Of a DNA stretch of 64,000 nt, positions 49,263 through 62,198 are shown one piece after another. The translations under genes were made by a program, and so were the position numbers. The notes beneath the pieces were generated by a model that worked only from the letters and a program-made list of their open reading frames with translations, ran no database searches and was not told where the DNA came from. The stretch's first letter is position 1. The number at the start of each line of letters is the position of its first letter. Source of the DNA: Chiloscyllium plagiosum (lineage: Eukaryota); the NCBI RefSeq assembly GCF_004010195.1, contig NC_057719.1:76133321-76197320 (forward strand), read 5' to 3'.

Positions 49263-51224
49263 TTAATGCTCTCCATAGTTAACTCTACAGCAATACTTGA
49301 GTTCTGTAATTCCAACTGCTATTAGTTATTTCCTGGTAACTCACTCCAAATCAATCTTCTTCTTGTCAGTCCCTGGGTAAAAAAATATCAGTAGTAGGAT
49401 GCACCAAGGGGAACCCTGGGATTATCAGTGATGATCAATCCTATCGCCAGTAGATGTCCTTGCATGGACGCAGTATAACTCAATGCAGCATAGGAAAGAG
49501 TGTAGTTTCTAGACTGTTATTACAAAAAGGAACCTTTGTCAATATCTCCTCTGCTCAGCATAGGAAGCAAAGAGAGCACTCAGTGTTCAAATTCCAGTGC
49601 ATTGCACCTCCAGTTAGCTCACTCCATGCAGACCAAAGATATCCATCACACTGGGTGTTTCCGTCTTGGTGTGCATCAGTCACATTCATTTGGGTTTATC
49701 AAACAATTCATTTAAACTCATTTTGAGTGTGAACTCTTTTATTTCTTTTTAAATTCATTAAGTATTGATAATTTAGGGCATCAAACATGAGTGTTATGAT
49801 TAAACATATTTTTTGGAGCCTCTTGGTTACTTTGTCAGAAAATTGCCTGTGCCTCTATCATTTTCTCCAATGGATTTCATCGATTTATTGTCACTCATTC
49901 TTCCGAGTGAATGATCCTGCTCATCATTTGCAAATGCCTCCATGGTCCAATTGCATGTTATTTATTGATTTCTGTAGTCACAGTAACATTAGCTGGTGGC
50001 GCCAGAAGATCTTGATTAAAGTCCAATGTCAGGACTGATGGCCATGGAAAATGTGTGGCCAAACAGGTTGCTAACAAATCCATGAATCTTTCCAATTTTG
50101 CTATGGCTGGCACTAGGAGCAGTTAATCAGAACCTAGTGCAACAGCCTCTCCACCTTAAAAGACTCCACACACAGGCTCTTGCTGTGGACATGTATCCCA
50201 TCATCCTCATTCCCCATACAGGGACGGCCCTATACAAAGTCCATATGCTCTGTTTATCTGGCTTTCTCATCAACGTGCCCCTTCTGGTGCACAGCCATGC
50301 ATTTCTTTCCTCTGTCAAAGATAATCTTAAACCAACGGCTGACCGAGCTTTCAATTCCCCTCTAATTTTCCCTCAGCTCCGGTTCACCGTCTGTCACTCT
50401 TGCTTATAATGAACATAGGAGGCATATGGTAATGTTTGGTCCTGGGAATATCTCATGGGGCTGTAACAGAATCAAACAGATCATAACTCATTAATAATCT
50501 TTGAAGGTCACATCGGCATCTGCGGTTCTATTTTGAATTTGTCATTTAATACTTTTTTGCTGATGAAAACCTTCTTCAGATTGGCTGTTTTGGTCAGCCA
50601 CTGTTGTCAGGTTTGAATTCTGCCTCACATTTGATTCTGACTAGTCAGACCAGCAGTTGCTAATACAACTGAGTAATTTGTCTGGAAATTCTAGAGAGTC
50701 AGGCATATCAGACTAGATACAGATAACGTACAAGAAAGGCAGGTTTACTTCTCAGAGGGACGTGAGTGAACGCCAATTGCATCAGCTTCATTGTCAACCT
50801 TTACTGATGCCAACCTTTCTCTCTGAATGACTTCTCTGGCAGTGCAGGATTGGAGCTCATTGACCTGACACTGACAGAAAGGTTTTCTGTGAGTGGCGGG
50901 GAGGGGAGGAATTCTGGTTGCTGCCTGCCTCTTTGCCATTTACGCCCCGCAGCCTGCATTATCTTTTTTTGCATCTACACGTTCTACCCCTTCTCACCTT
51001 CACCTGATTGACAGACTTGGCTCCCTGCTGGAGTGAGAATACTTGGGGAATATGGCCTCGTCGAAACAGCATGTGGGTGTGCTGTTGGGTTTAGGGGTCG
51101 GGAAGGGGTTCTGGATTTCTTTTGTGGGGCGCGTTCAATCCCAGAGGATAAAATCCATGTTAGTTCAGTCTTAAACCAGATGGTGAGGAAGGGGGAAAAT
51201 CAAACACCAGTCTTTTTACTTTAT

Positions 51225-51790
51225 TCTTTAGGGCACACCTGGAATATTGCGTGCAGTTTTGGTCTCCTTACTTGAGAAAGGATGTACTGGCAGTGGAGGG
51301 GGTACAGAGGAGGTTCACTAGGTTGATTCTGGAGTTGAGGGGGGTTGGCTTATGAGGAGAGACTGAGTAGATTGGGATTATATTCATTGAATTCAGATGA
51401 TTGAGGGGGGAATCTTATAGAAACATATAAAATTATGAAGGGAATAGATAAGATAGAAGTAGAGAGGAGGTTTCCACTGGCAAGTGTAACTAGGATAATT
51501 GGGCATAGCCTCAAAATTAGGGGGAGAAGATTTAGGACTGAATTGAGAAGGAACGTCTTCACCCAGAGGGTTGTTAATCTATGGAATTCCTTGCTCAGGG
51601 AAGTAGTTGACACTACTTCAGTAAATGTTTTTAAAACGAAGGTAGTTTTTTTTCTGAACAAGGGAATTAAGTGTAGGTGTGGGTAAGTGAATCTGTGTCC
51701 ACGAAAAGATCAGCCATGATCTTACTGAATGGTGGAGCAGGCTCGAGGGGCCGGACGGCCTACTCCTGCTCCTAGTTCTTATGTTCTTAT
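51225..51790 (+). mobile_element. CR1-type LINE 3' fragment
   Basis: GHSLKIRGRRFRTELRRNVFTQRVVNLWNSL and tail TTCTTATGTTCTTAT. Confidence 0.9.
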
Positions 51791-52450
51791 TTATTTGCTG
51801 AATGAAATGTCACATTTATTCCTCTTCTATAAGCAACATCCTGTGTCCCCGAAGTCTCTTCATATGTGTTCAAGATACTTAATAAATCAACACACTCTAT
51901 CTGCACATCCTAAACCTTTACAATACAGTTCACATACAATTAATAATCAGAGGCAGAGGGTCAGATCCTGGGGATGAGGTGCTTGTGAAATGGGGAAAAT
52001 ATTCCTGTTCCTCCCAGTCCGGCAGCTCAGGAAGCAAAACCCACCTTCTTTAAGGTGCCAAGGTTAAACCCAGAAGAGAGGTCTAAGAGAGGTCAGGCAT
52101 AAAAACACTATTATATTGAAATCAGCAACATGCCTCCTGGGAGGAGGTTAATTGCCTGTTGTCCAATGTTAATTCGCCATCTAGGCTCCATTAAAAGCTG
52201 AAGTGGGCACATCAGTGACAAATTGAGATTGTAATTGAGATGATATCCCACTGGATCCGAAGGTTTAAACTATCCCATCTTCCCTATTATGATTATTCAA
52301 AGGCTCTGGATCAGTAGTTTAGTAACATCCATACACTATTTTTCCCAGAAAAATCATGTCAGCAAAGGTTGTTTTACCCTTACCATCTTTCACATCATTT
52401 GACACATTTTTCTCATGGGCAGCAATCATTATAATTAACACAAAGAGAAA

Positions 52451-52738
52451 GGTGGCATGGTAGCTCAGTGGTTAGCACTACTGCCTCACAGCGCCAGGAA
52501 CCCAGGTTCAATTCCCACTTCAGGTGACTGTTTGTGTGGAGTTTGCACATTCTCCCTGTGTCTATGTGGGTTTCCTATCACAGTCCAAAGATGTGCAGGT
52601 TAGGTGAATTGGCCATGCTAAATTGCCTGTAGTGTTTGGTGCGTTAGTCAGGAGTGGGTGGGTTGCTTTTCGGAGGGTCGGTGTGAACTTGTTGGGTCAA
52701 AGGGCCTGTTTCCACACTGTAGGGATTTTAATCTAATC
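52451..52738 (+). mobile_element. HE1-like SINE
   Basis: A and B boxes, core and tail. Confidence 0.92.
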
Positions 52739-53486
52739 AAAAAATGAACTGCAAATGCATTTATTCCATCTTAACCTTTATTTACATCTTTGTATCCACA
52801 ACTTAAAACCTTTATCCTCCAATAACAGTTAATATTCTATATTTGGGGAGAAAATGTAGCGAGTACAAAGTCATTATTTGCTATGAATGTAATGGTGCTG
52901 TTGGTGACTGCCATAATACATGTACAATTGGTAAAGCAATTTCCGATGAGTGGTTAAACAGAAACGTAAAAGGTTTCTGTTATTCACTTCACAAAAAACA
53001 GCAACTCCTTGTCCATCTTACCATTGGAAAGCATTGTCATGTTGTTGCCGTATTTGATGTTAGTTATGACCTAACCTCAGTACAGAGAGTTAAACCAAAT
53101 CTTTTCAACTTGAAGATCTTTTTAACAAAATGATAAGTATTAATTACAACCAATTGTGCTCTTTGAAGCCGAAAGTGATCAATTCCAAGGATGAAATCTA
53201 ATTCCCTCAAGTTCTAATTATTTTTAGATGTTTAAAAATGGAAAATTAAAGAAACAACTTAATTTTTACTTTTCCTTTCGTCCTCTTTTCTTTGGATCTC
53301 TTCACCTAATCTTTCTTTCCTTCTCTTTATTTAACTTTCTGTACCTTATTTGAACCTTTTTCATTCACATTAAATTATATCCCTTTCTCTTCATTGTCCT
53401 ATTAATTTTATCATTCTTCAATCTATTTGCTTTAAAAAATGCATTATTGCTGTTGGGAGACATTTATAGACTCTCCCTTCTCCCCC

Positions 53487-53558
53487 CAACAGAATTTATA
53501 TCTATTCTTCCTTAACAACAGAATTTATATCTATTCTTCCTTAACAACAGAATTTATA
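53487..53558. repeat. Perfect 29-bp tandem duplication, about 2.4 copies
   Basis: CAACAGAATTTATATCTATTCTTCCTTAA at 53487 and 53516, partial copy at 53545. Confidence 0.93.
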
Positions 53559-53577
53559 AAATTGAACAGAGCATTGA

Positions 53578-53875
53578 GGGTGGCATGGTGGCTCAGTGCT
53601 TAGCACTGCTGCCTGACAGTGTCAAGGATCAAGTTTTGATGTCAGCCTCGGGTGACTGTCTGTGTTGGTTTCCCCCAGGTACTCCGGTTTCCTCCTACAA
53701 TCTAAAGGATGTGCAGGTTAGGTGAATTGGCCATGCTAAATTGCCCATAGCATTCAGGGATGTGTAGGTTAGGTACATTAGTCAGGGGTAAATATAGGGT
53801 TGGGGAATGTGCCTGCGTGGGTTATTCTTCAGAGGATCGGTGTGGATTTGTTAGGCCAAAGGGTCTGTTTCTAGG
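53578..53875 (+). mobile_element. HE1-like SINE
   Basis: Head GGTGGCATGGTGGCTCAGTG and GATGTGCAGGTTAGGTGAATTGGCCATGCTAAATTGCC. Confidence 0.88.
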
Positions 53876-54119
53876 ATTAGTATTATAATTGGAATTGGTA
53901 ACAAAGGCAATGCATCTTCTATGCCTGAGAAGGATTTGACACCAAATATTTAGGTGAAGAGTAGGGGTTCAACTTAATCACGAATGATTTTTTTTACAGA
54001 GTTGAAAGCCATGGCCAGTCCTTGGGAGTTGTTGATAATGACACTGTCTCAACAGTTACTGGCTGTGGTTCTGAACTCAGCAGGGAACTGTTGCTCCAGG
54101 TTATCTATTTCTGATATAA

Positions 54120-55335
54120 GCAAAATACTGGAGATCAGAACTAAAAACAGAAAATACTGGAGAAGCTCAGCAGTTCTGGCAGCATCTGTGGAGTGAGAAA
54201 CAGATCTAATATTTCAAGCCTGATATGACTTATTTGGAGAAGAGGAGATGGGAAGACTTCTAATTTTTCCACCTCAAGCATGATACTACCACAAGAGATA
54301 TTGTCCTCAAACCATACCTCTCCTCTCAATTTTCCAGAGACCAGTCTCTCCAAGACACCTTGGTCCACTCTCAGTCACCCTAAATACATGCACTCCCCTC
54401 CCCCTAAGGCACTTATCCATATAAATGTAGAAGAAGTTTGCCCTTCACTTCTCATTGTTCAAGATCTCAGGTACTTGTTACAAGAGAAGCCAATTACTTG
54501 TCCTAATATGCAGCATTTCTTGATCATGATGTAGTTCCCTTGATACTAGGGAGAGCAATTACAGACTTAGTAACTGCTTCATGGAAAACATTCACATCAT
54601 CTGCAAGCCTGAATTCAATCTTCTAACGCATGTTCTTTCAATGTTCCACCTTGCTCCCACTCTAACCATTCTGTCCTTGGCCTGTTTCAAAGATTCAATA
54701 CAGCCCTACACAATCTTAAGGAAAGCAAAGGCTCTTATGCCTCAGTGTTTTACAGACTCTGGACTCAGTAATTAGTTCAATAATTATAGTTGAACTCCAC
54801 CCTTGTCATGTCATCTTTTTTTTGTTTGGTGAAATTCAAGGCCTCCAACCTGGTGAAATAGTTCCATGTCGATGTTGTGGATTAACTTGCTGTCACATTC
54901 CTGTCATCATTGTGGCTTTTGTCGTTTAATGTCCTTTGAGGTCCTTATTATTGCATAAGTAAAACTAAGCAATGTAGATGCTGGAGACCAGAAAGAGAAC
55001 CAAAGTGCTGGAGAAACTCAGCAGGTCTAGCAGCATCTACAGAGAGAAAAACAGAGTTAATTTTGCGAGTCCAGTGACCTTTTATCACAATATCACCCGA
55101 TCACAGACTTTTCTTGTTCCTCCATCTTTGGATTCACTTGTTCAAAACCCACGCCACTTTCACAGAGAGAACACTTCCTGAATCTCCTATAAATTGACAC
55201 TTATCTGACATTTGGTACAATTTAGCACATTAACTCTGTTTTTCCTCCCTGCAGCAGCTGCTTGACCAACAGCATATTTGCAGCAGTTTGTTTTTATTGC
55301 AGCACTCCAGCATCTGCACCATTTTGCTTTTGCCT
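54120..55335. mobile_element. Cluster of old Penelope-like fragments in both orientations
   Basis: Minus-strand termini at 54120-54230 and 54965-55090, decayed endonuclease-like region at 54250-54800, and a plus-strand terminus at 55215-55335. Confidence 0.55.
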
Positions 55336-55778
55336 TTAATTTGCATGTTGTTATTGACAACTCAAAAATTTAGAAGCAGGAAAATTTAAACCCATGTATA
55401 TTATGAATTAATTCTGTAATATACAGGAGTGAAAAGTAAACAGTAATTGTGCACCTGGACTCTCGCCAGCTTTATACTTTGCCCCCTTTTCGATTGTGTT
55501 TAGCATCAGAGTCAAAGTGTCAATTCCCTGCTATTTCCCTCATCTATTTGTCTCCCTCAGAACTTCCCTTGGTCTTTCACCCAGCTTTCTCCCATACAAT
55601 GATCTCCTTAAACTTTTGTAGCAAGTATTTGAGATCGTGAAAAATTATCCAGTGAAATTTGAGGCCTCCAGCCCGGCGAAATAATTCCCTGTAGATGCTG
55701 AGGATTAAGTTGCTATCACATTCCCGTCAGCCTTGTGACTTATTCCACCTTTCCCAAGGTGGCATGATACTTTGGTAT

Positions 55779-57080
55779 CAGGTTTGATATGATACTTTGA
55801 GAAAGCTTGCTAGACCTTGCAGTGAAACATCTTCCAAAAATCAGAATGGGACAAAAAAAAGCATAATGTTCATCCCAAGCTTTCAGCATCCACTAAGAAG
55901 CAGGCACTGCTAGCTATAGGTAGCATATTGAGTCTCAGGCTGTAATACCCTGCATGTTGTCTGAATGAGGTATACAGCTTATTCTGAAATTAGTGACTGA
56001 TGATGTCAATCAAACTACAATTTAGGACGAAAGTAGATGGAACATGCTCCTGTAACCATGGATATCAGCTGGTGGTCTGACTGACAATGATCCCAAAGGT
56101 GATGTCAATAAAAGCAAAGGAGCAATTCTCAGTGCTGTTCAACATTAACAAAATCTGGCCCCCAAACTGGACCAAGCCCATGACCATTCATTCCGCTAAC
56201 CCAGCTGACTGAAACCAACTTGCAACGGGGTGGAGCCAGTTCTTCACCACAGGCTTTTAACAAAGTAATCTGACACCAAACCTAAGGAAGCTTCTTAACC
56301 TTACCATCCCCTTATTTCAGCATCGTGTGCAGTAATTGCAGGAAGGAGAATCATTATTACAAGATGTATTGTCCATACATGATGTAATCTGTGGTATCCC
56401 ATGACCTGGCACTGCTTAATGTTAACAGTGAATGTCAAACGCAGTGAAACGCTGCACATTCAGGCACTGGCACCTTTTTAAAAACGCAGCATTTATTCAT
56501 CAGTCAGGAATAAATGAATGAAAAAGCTCTGTCACATTGTGTGCCTTTGTACATTCTTATTTTCTGGGGTAATTTGACCTCTACAGACTGATTCACTGCC
56601 TGTACGCTATATGATTAAAGAGTCAGTGTTTGATGCACTCATCTATTTCAGCCTTTATAAACCTATTTTTATTTAGCTAAGTAGCCAGGATTTGGCAATA
56701 ATAGCCATTAAATTGTGGCGGGGCAAGTGTACAATCATACCATTTATTTATTAAAATGTCCTCTGCAAGAAAAAAACATCAAAAGAAAGAATCTATAGTG
56801 TTGTTACATTACTGTTGAGCTCTGTGGTAGTTCTGAACCTACTGTAATTAGTTGACAACAACAGAGAGACAGGGTGATCAGAACCCTACTCCACTGAAAA
56901 CCAGCCTGAGACCCAATCTGCCAGGCAGTGCACTACTGCCTACAGCCAGCAGTGCCTGCTCCTTCGTGGATGCTGAAAGCTTGGGCTGAACCTTATGCTT
57001 TTTTTGTCCCATTCAGACTTTTGGAGGATGTTTCACTGCAAGGTCTAGCAGGTTTTTCTTATGGTATCATACCAAACCTG
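55779..57080. repeat. 1.3-kb segment bounded by about 160-bp inverted repeats
   Basis: 55779-55942 matches the reverse complement of 56902-57080 (TGCTAGACCTTGCAGTGAAACATC, GAATGGGACAAAAAAA, CCCAAGCTTTCAGCATCCAC). Confidence 0.9.
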
Positions 57081-57482
57081 CCTCATTAACTACCACTGGT
57101 GTCTCTCATGTCTGATTTCTGCTCCCTCTTACTTTCTACATGCAAAGTGTGGGAGATGTTTAGAACTCTCTCCCACAAATGGCAGTGGATGCTGGATCCG
57201 TTGTTACTTCCAAACTTGTGATAGGTCATTTTTGGATAAACTAAGGGATTAGGGGATTTGGGTCAATGGCAGGCTAACACCCAGATCAGCCATGACCTGG
57301 TTGAAAGGTGGTTCCTATCTTCCTGTGTTCCTACCATGCACCATGCCTGGAATAACTCACCACCCAGCAACACCCGCGCAAATACTGGCCTCACTTCCAC
57401 CATGCCATCTTTAAAAGACCACCGTGCAACCAGATGAGCAGTGGCTCTCCGAAGTTGCCTTGCTCATTGGCAGAGTCAGAAT

Positions 57483-58110
57483 ATGGTACAGAAGGGGAAG
57501 ATGAAACTGCATTTCATCGGCAGGGACCTGAGAGGTCCTGCTGGCTGGGATAGAGCAGCAGAAAGGTATCCCAGGGCACCAGCAGAGAAAGCCGTGCCAT
57601 CAGACCCTGGTTCCAGGTCACGGTTCAGCTCATTTCCAGCTCCAGAGTGTGGAAGAATGGCCAGCGGTGCTATAAAAAGGCCCGTGACCTTCTCCTTGCT
57701 GCCTGGGTAAGTGCCAAACTCTTCTCTCTGCTACCTCACACTCTGCCACTGCATCCACTGTGACTCTATCGCCTTCCACAGCTTCCCTCACTCGCAACCA
57801 TTACCCTCAAGTTCACACACCAACAACCCTGCATGCCCTCTGCGCTGCCTTCCTCGGTCCTTTGGTTCATCTCCCCACCTTTCCCTCACATGCACAACAT
57901 TACCAGCTGTGTTGCCAATTGATGTCTCACTCATTCACCCACTTTTCAGTCACGACTGGAGCAGGCAAGCCCATAACAGGGCACAGCAAGCCCGTAAAGA
58001 TGTCCAACATCTGTATTCTCACCCCCTAACAAGGAGAGAATCCAGGTCTCTGAAAGACCAGACCCTCCTGCAAGCATGCAGTAACATCCGTGTCCTGCTA
58101 ACCAAGTAAT
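57483..58110 (+). pseudogene. Decayed Myb/SANT-like gene of a PIF/Harbinger-type transposon (copy 3); element-like sequence may extend to about 60090
   Basis: MVQKGKMKLHFIGRDL / EVLLAGIE ... WKNGQRCYKKARDLL, donor GTAAGT at 57707, then AHNRAQQAR and ICILTP. Confidence 0.65.
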
Positions 58111-58191
58111 TACATGTCACTGCCACACTCCCATTACCCCACTGTCATTTTCATCCATTGTACCCACCTCTGAGCACCCAGCTGTGACACC

Positions 58192-58192
<1 letters not shown>

Positions 58193-58240
<48 letters not shown>

Positions 58241-58252
58241 TCTCTCTCTCTC
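58193..58252. repeat. (TC)n microsatellite
   Basis: About 30 TC units. Confidence 0.97.
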
Positions 58253-60099
58253 CCCCTTGTATCTCGGAGTTACAGCCAGCCTCCCTCTGTGGAAAAGGCC
58301 CAGGTCCCGCTGAATCCTGAGGATGGGTACTAGGGTTTCAGAGGAAGCATTGGCAAGGCTGTCACCTGAATCCCCTCACCAGCTGGCACTTAGAGCACTT
58401 CCCAGATGGGAGAGGACCTTGGGGGTGTTGGCAGAGGGCACAGCAGCATTGGCAGACAGGAATGTGGGACATAATGGCGCTCATTACCCAGAAGCCTCAG
58501 CAGTGCAGTGAATCCTACAAATGTGTCTGTCTGTCTCCATGGACAGATCCAAGAGGACCAGCTCCCTCAGGGCCAGCTGGAGAGGTACACTGCATCCTCA
58601 AGACCATAGGCGTGGTGACAGGGGTGATGCAGGCACAGGGAACTTTGACCACACTCCAGGTGCCCCCTCCTCACAAGGCAACAGGTAGTACCAGGAGGCA
58701 CCTGCCTGGAGGAGGACCTTCAGTTTCCGCTCGGGACACTGCATGACTTGTTGAGGCTCTGCATCTCCACTCTGTCTGTACCCCTCCCCCCTCCCCCCTC
58801 CAACCCCAGAAGTTCAAGGTAAGGCTGGTCAGCTTGCCTCTGGAAAGAAGATCCTCAGCACGTGTGCTGAGCTGGCAGCCTCCACCCCAGCTGTAGACCT
58901 AGGGAGTACAGTGAGAGGGAGAGTAAAGAGCAAACTTACTGAGGGGATGTTGGTGGCACAGGTGACAATGGCCTGTAGGTGCCTCTCAGCTTATGTAAAG
59001 ATGTTCGTGCTTTAACCTTACGACTGGCTGTTCATCACTCTGGTGCCTATACATCTCCCGACCATGATCGCCCTAGACCCTGGAATGGCCTCTGTGGAGG
59101 AAAAGCACTGATCATGACCTGCTCCATGGACTGCAGAGGTAGGGAGCCCCTGACCAATAAACCTTGACCAGTCATGTGACCAAGGTGAATCCCCTGGCCT
59201 GACATGGGACACTGTCATTGACTCACTCTATCAGGACCCCCATCAGTACCTCCATGAATTTCAGTGAGGATGACTTCCCCAGGCCTAGACACATGGCTGC
59301 TTGCTTGCTCCACATGCAGTGTAGGCCATGTAAAAGCTGCTAGCACATGGAGCAGGTACAGGGTTGACATAAGGGCACTACCATTCAACGGGCTATGTGT
59401 TTCCTAGATTGAGGACAGTTTAGCAGCAAGGCAAGCTGCCTGGTTATGTGTCTGTGCTAATTGGCACCACAACACAAGGCAGGGAAGCTGTGACCTGGAA
59501 GGTAGGTGGTAAGTGAGCAAGCAACCAGCAGCTCTGAAATACCACCTGGGCTGGTGTGCAAACTGCCAGGCCCTTTGCCAAAGTGTCCTCACTGCAACTT
59601 TTCAATGTTAGTCGCTAACACAGCCTGCGATGTAAATCTGTGCTCCAGATTACTCTGCCAGTGCATCAAAAAAGTGCCAGAAAAGTGCTGTGAGTGGTTG
59701 GTGGATGCCACATGCCAATGCGTGTGGAGGAGGGATGCAGCTGGTGCTCATGTCTTATCCAATGGATTGCTGTTTGGTTGTAGGCAACATAGAGGAGATC
59801 ATTCGGAGCAAGGGGTGAGCTTAATCCACCAAACACATACTATGGTCTCCATTGTAGAGATTGTAAGACAGGAGGCTGAATGTCAATGAGACCTGTTGGT
59901 ATTTAGTAAGCAACGATGAGCGTCAACCGGCAACTTGGTGTTTTCCTAGTGTGAATCTCGCACTTGTGAAAACCACAAGCATTGATGTGACGTTGCTCTG
60001 ACATCGAGGTAGGCTGCACCAGACTTCTCATTCAATTCCACCACACACCTCACCCCAGCCTACATCGCACAGACATCTTTAGGATTCTGCCTAGTGTTT

Positions 60100-60415
60100 C
60101 TCCTTATAGGAGAGACTAGAAGCAGGGCCACAGTTTTAAAATAAGGGGTCCTCCATCTAACAACAAGGAGGAATCCTCTTGGGGGGGTCTTTCATCTGTC
60201 AAATTTTCTTCTGCAAAGAGCAGAGGAGGCTAGGATATTGAATATTTTAAAAGTTGAGCTGGGCAGATTCTTCATTGGCAAGGCAGTCGAAGGATGTCAG
60301 GAGTAGATAGGAATGTAAGGGCCACAATTGGATTCGCTGTAATCTTATAATTCAAATGGTAGGCTCAATGAGTCTAACGAGCTACTCTTGCTTCTAATTC
60401 ATACATTTGTATGTT
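60100..60415 (+). mobile_element. Old CR1-type 3' end
   Basis: AGGGCCACAGTTTTAAAATAAGGGG and GGAGGCTAGGATATTGAATATTTTAA are colinear with other CR1 tails. Confidence 0.65.
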
Positions 60416-60538
60416 GGTTCCAAAGTCTTATTTTCCTGAGAAGGTTGCTGCTCAGGAAGCTGCTGTGTAAGATAAGGGGGCCATGGTGTTAGAGGCAAGG
60501 TGCTAGCGTGGGTAGAAGCCTGGCTGTCTGGCAGGAAG

Positions 60539-60908
60539 GAGGAAGCGAGGACTGCAGATACTGGAGATCAGAGCTGAAAAATGGGTTGCTGGAAAAGTGC
60601 AGCAGGTCAGGCAGCATCCAAGGAGCAGGAGAATCGATGTCTCGGGCATAAGCCCTTCTTCAAGAATGAGGAAGGCTAAGATAAAAGGTAGGGAGGAGAG
60701 ACTTGGGGGAGGGGCGTTGGGAATGCGATAGGTGGAAGGAGGTTAAGGTGAGGGTGATAGGCCGGAGAGGGGGTGGGGGCAGAGAGGTCGGGAAGAAGAT
60801 TGCAGGTCAAGAAGGCGGTGCTGAGTCCGAGGGTTGGGACTGAGATAAGGTGGGGGGAGGGGAAATGAGGAAGCTGGAGAAATCTGCATTAATCTCCGAG
60901 GGTTGGGA
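60539..60908 (-). mobile_element. Penelope-like 3' fragment inserted in CR1 with 11-bp TSD
   Basis: CTGGCAGGAAG at 60528-60538 and 60909-60919. Minus strand has INADFSSFLISPPP (endonuclease end) and a decayed hammerhead near 60635-60663. Confidence 0.87.
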
Positions 60909-60925
60909 CTGGCAGGAAGCACAGA

Positions 60926-61615
60926 GTGGGGATAAAAGGGTCCTTCTCAGGATGGCAACCACTGACAAGTGGTGTTCCTCAAGGCTCAGTGTTGGGACCA
61001 CAACTTTTTACTTTATACATTAACGATCTAGATGAAGGAACTGAGGGCATTCTGGCTAAGTTTGCAAACAATACAAAGATAGGAAGAGAGACAGGTAGCA
61101 TTGAGGAGGCGGGGAGGCTGCAGAAGGATTTGGACAGGTTAGGAGAGTGGACAAAGAAGTGGCAGATGGAGTACAATGTGGGAAAGTGTGAGGTCATGTA
61201 TCTTGGTAGGAAGAATAGAGGTATGGACTACTGTCTAAATGGAGAGAAAATTCAGAAGTCAGAAGTGCAAAGAGGCTTGGGAGTTCTAGCCCAGGATTTT
61301 CACAAGGTAAACCTGCAGGTTGAGTCAGTAGTTAGGAAGGCAAATGCAATGATGGCATTTATTTCGAGAGGACTTAAATATAAAAGCAGGGGTATACTTC
61401 TGAGGCTCTATAAGGCTCTGGTCAGACCACATTTGGAGCATTGTGTGCAGTTTTGGGCCCCATATCTCAGGAAGGATGGACTGCCCCGGAGCCCTCACAG
61501 CAGGTTCACAAGAATGGTCTCAGGAATGAAAAGTTTCATTTATGAGGAATGTTTGAGGACTCTGGGTCTATACTCAATGGAATTTAGAAGGATGAGGGGG
61601 GTGGAATCTAACTGA
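60926..61615 (+). pseudogene. CR1 reverse transcriptase fragment with catalytic motif mutated (FADD to FANN)
   Basis: SGVPQGSVLGPQLFTLYINDLD...KFANNTKI...LYKALVRPHLEHCVQFWAP. Confidence 0.92.
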
Positions 61616-61910
61616 AACATACAGAATACTGAATGGCCTGGACAGAGTAGATGTTGGGAAGGTGTTTCCATTGGTAGGAGAGATTAGGACCCGAGGGCAC
61701 AGCCTTAGAGTAAAAGGAAGACCTTTTAGAATGGAGACAAGGAGAAACTTCTTCAGCCAGAGATTGGTGAAGCTCTGGAATTCATTGCCACAGAGAGCTG
61801 TGGAGGCCAAGTCATTTGTTTATATTGAAGACTGAGATAGATAGGTTCTTTATCGTCAAGGGGATCAAGGGTTACAGGGAGAAAGCTGGAGAATGGGGTT
61901 GAGAAACTTA

Positions 61911-62198
61911 CCAGAGTCAAAGAGTGTGGGGCTGGAAAAGCAGGGACAATCAGGTAGCATCCACGGAGCAGGATATTCAACGTTTCAAGCATAAGCTCTT
62001 CTTCTAAAAACACAGCCCTTACGTCACATCAGCTGAAGACCTGGGCTTCTGGACTCACTATAGCACATTCCTGATGAAAAGCTTATGCTTGAAATGTTGA
62101 GTCTCCTGTTCCTCGGATGCTACCTGACCGGCTGTGCTTTTCCAGCACCACACTGTTTGACTCTGATCTCCAGCATCTGCAGTCCTCACTTCCTCCCA
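61911..62198. mobile_element. Inverted pair of Penelope-like termini with a short spacer, inserted in the CR1 tail
   Basis: Minus copy at 61912-62004 and plus copy at 62063-62197. GTTGAGAAAC is duplicated at 61898-61907 and 62199-62208. Core CTGATGA-A-AAGC-TTAT-GCTT-GAAA-TGTT at 62071-62098. Confidence 0.85.

Noticed and set aside
52843..53133. Ly6/three-finger-like ORF (IICYECNGAVGDC)
   Set aside because: It has no ATG start, signal peptide, good splice sites or terminal CCxxDxCN motif.
60926..61615. Functional reverse transcriptase gene
   Set aside because: It is 5'-truncated, both catalytic aspartates read as Asn, and it is frameshifted at the C-terminus.
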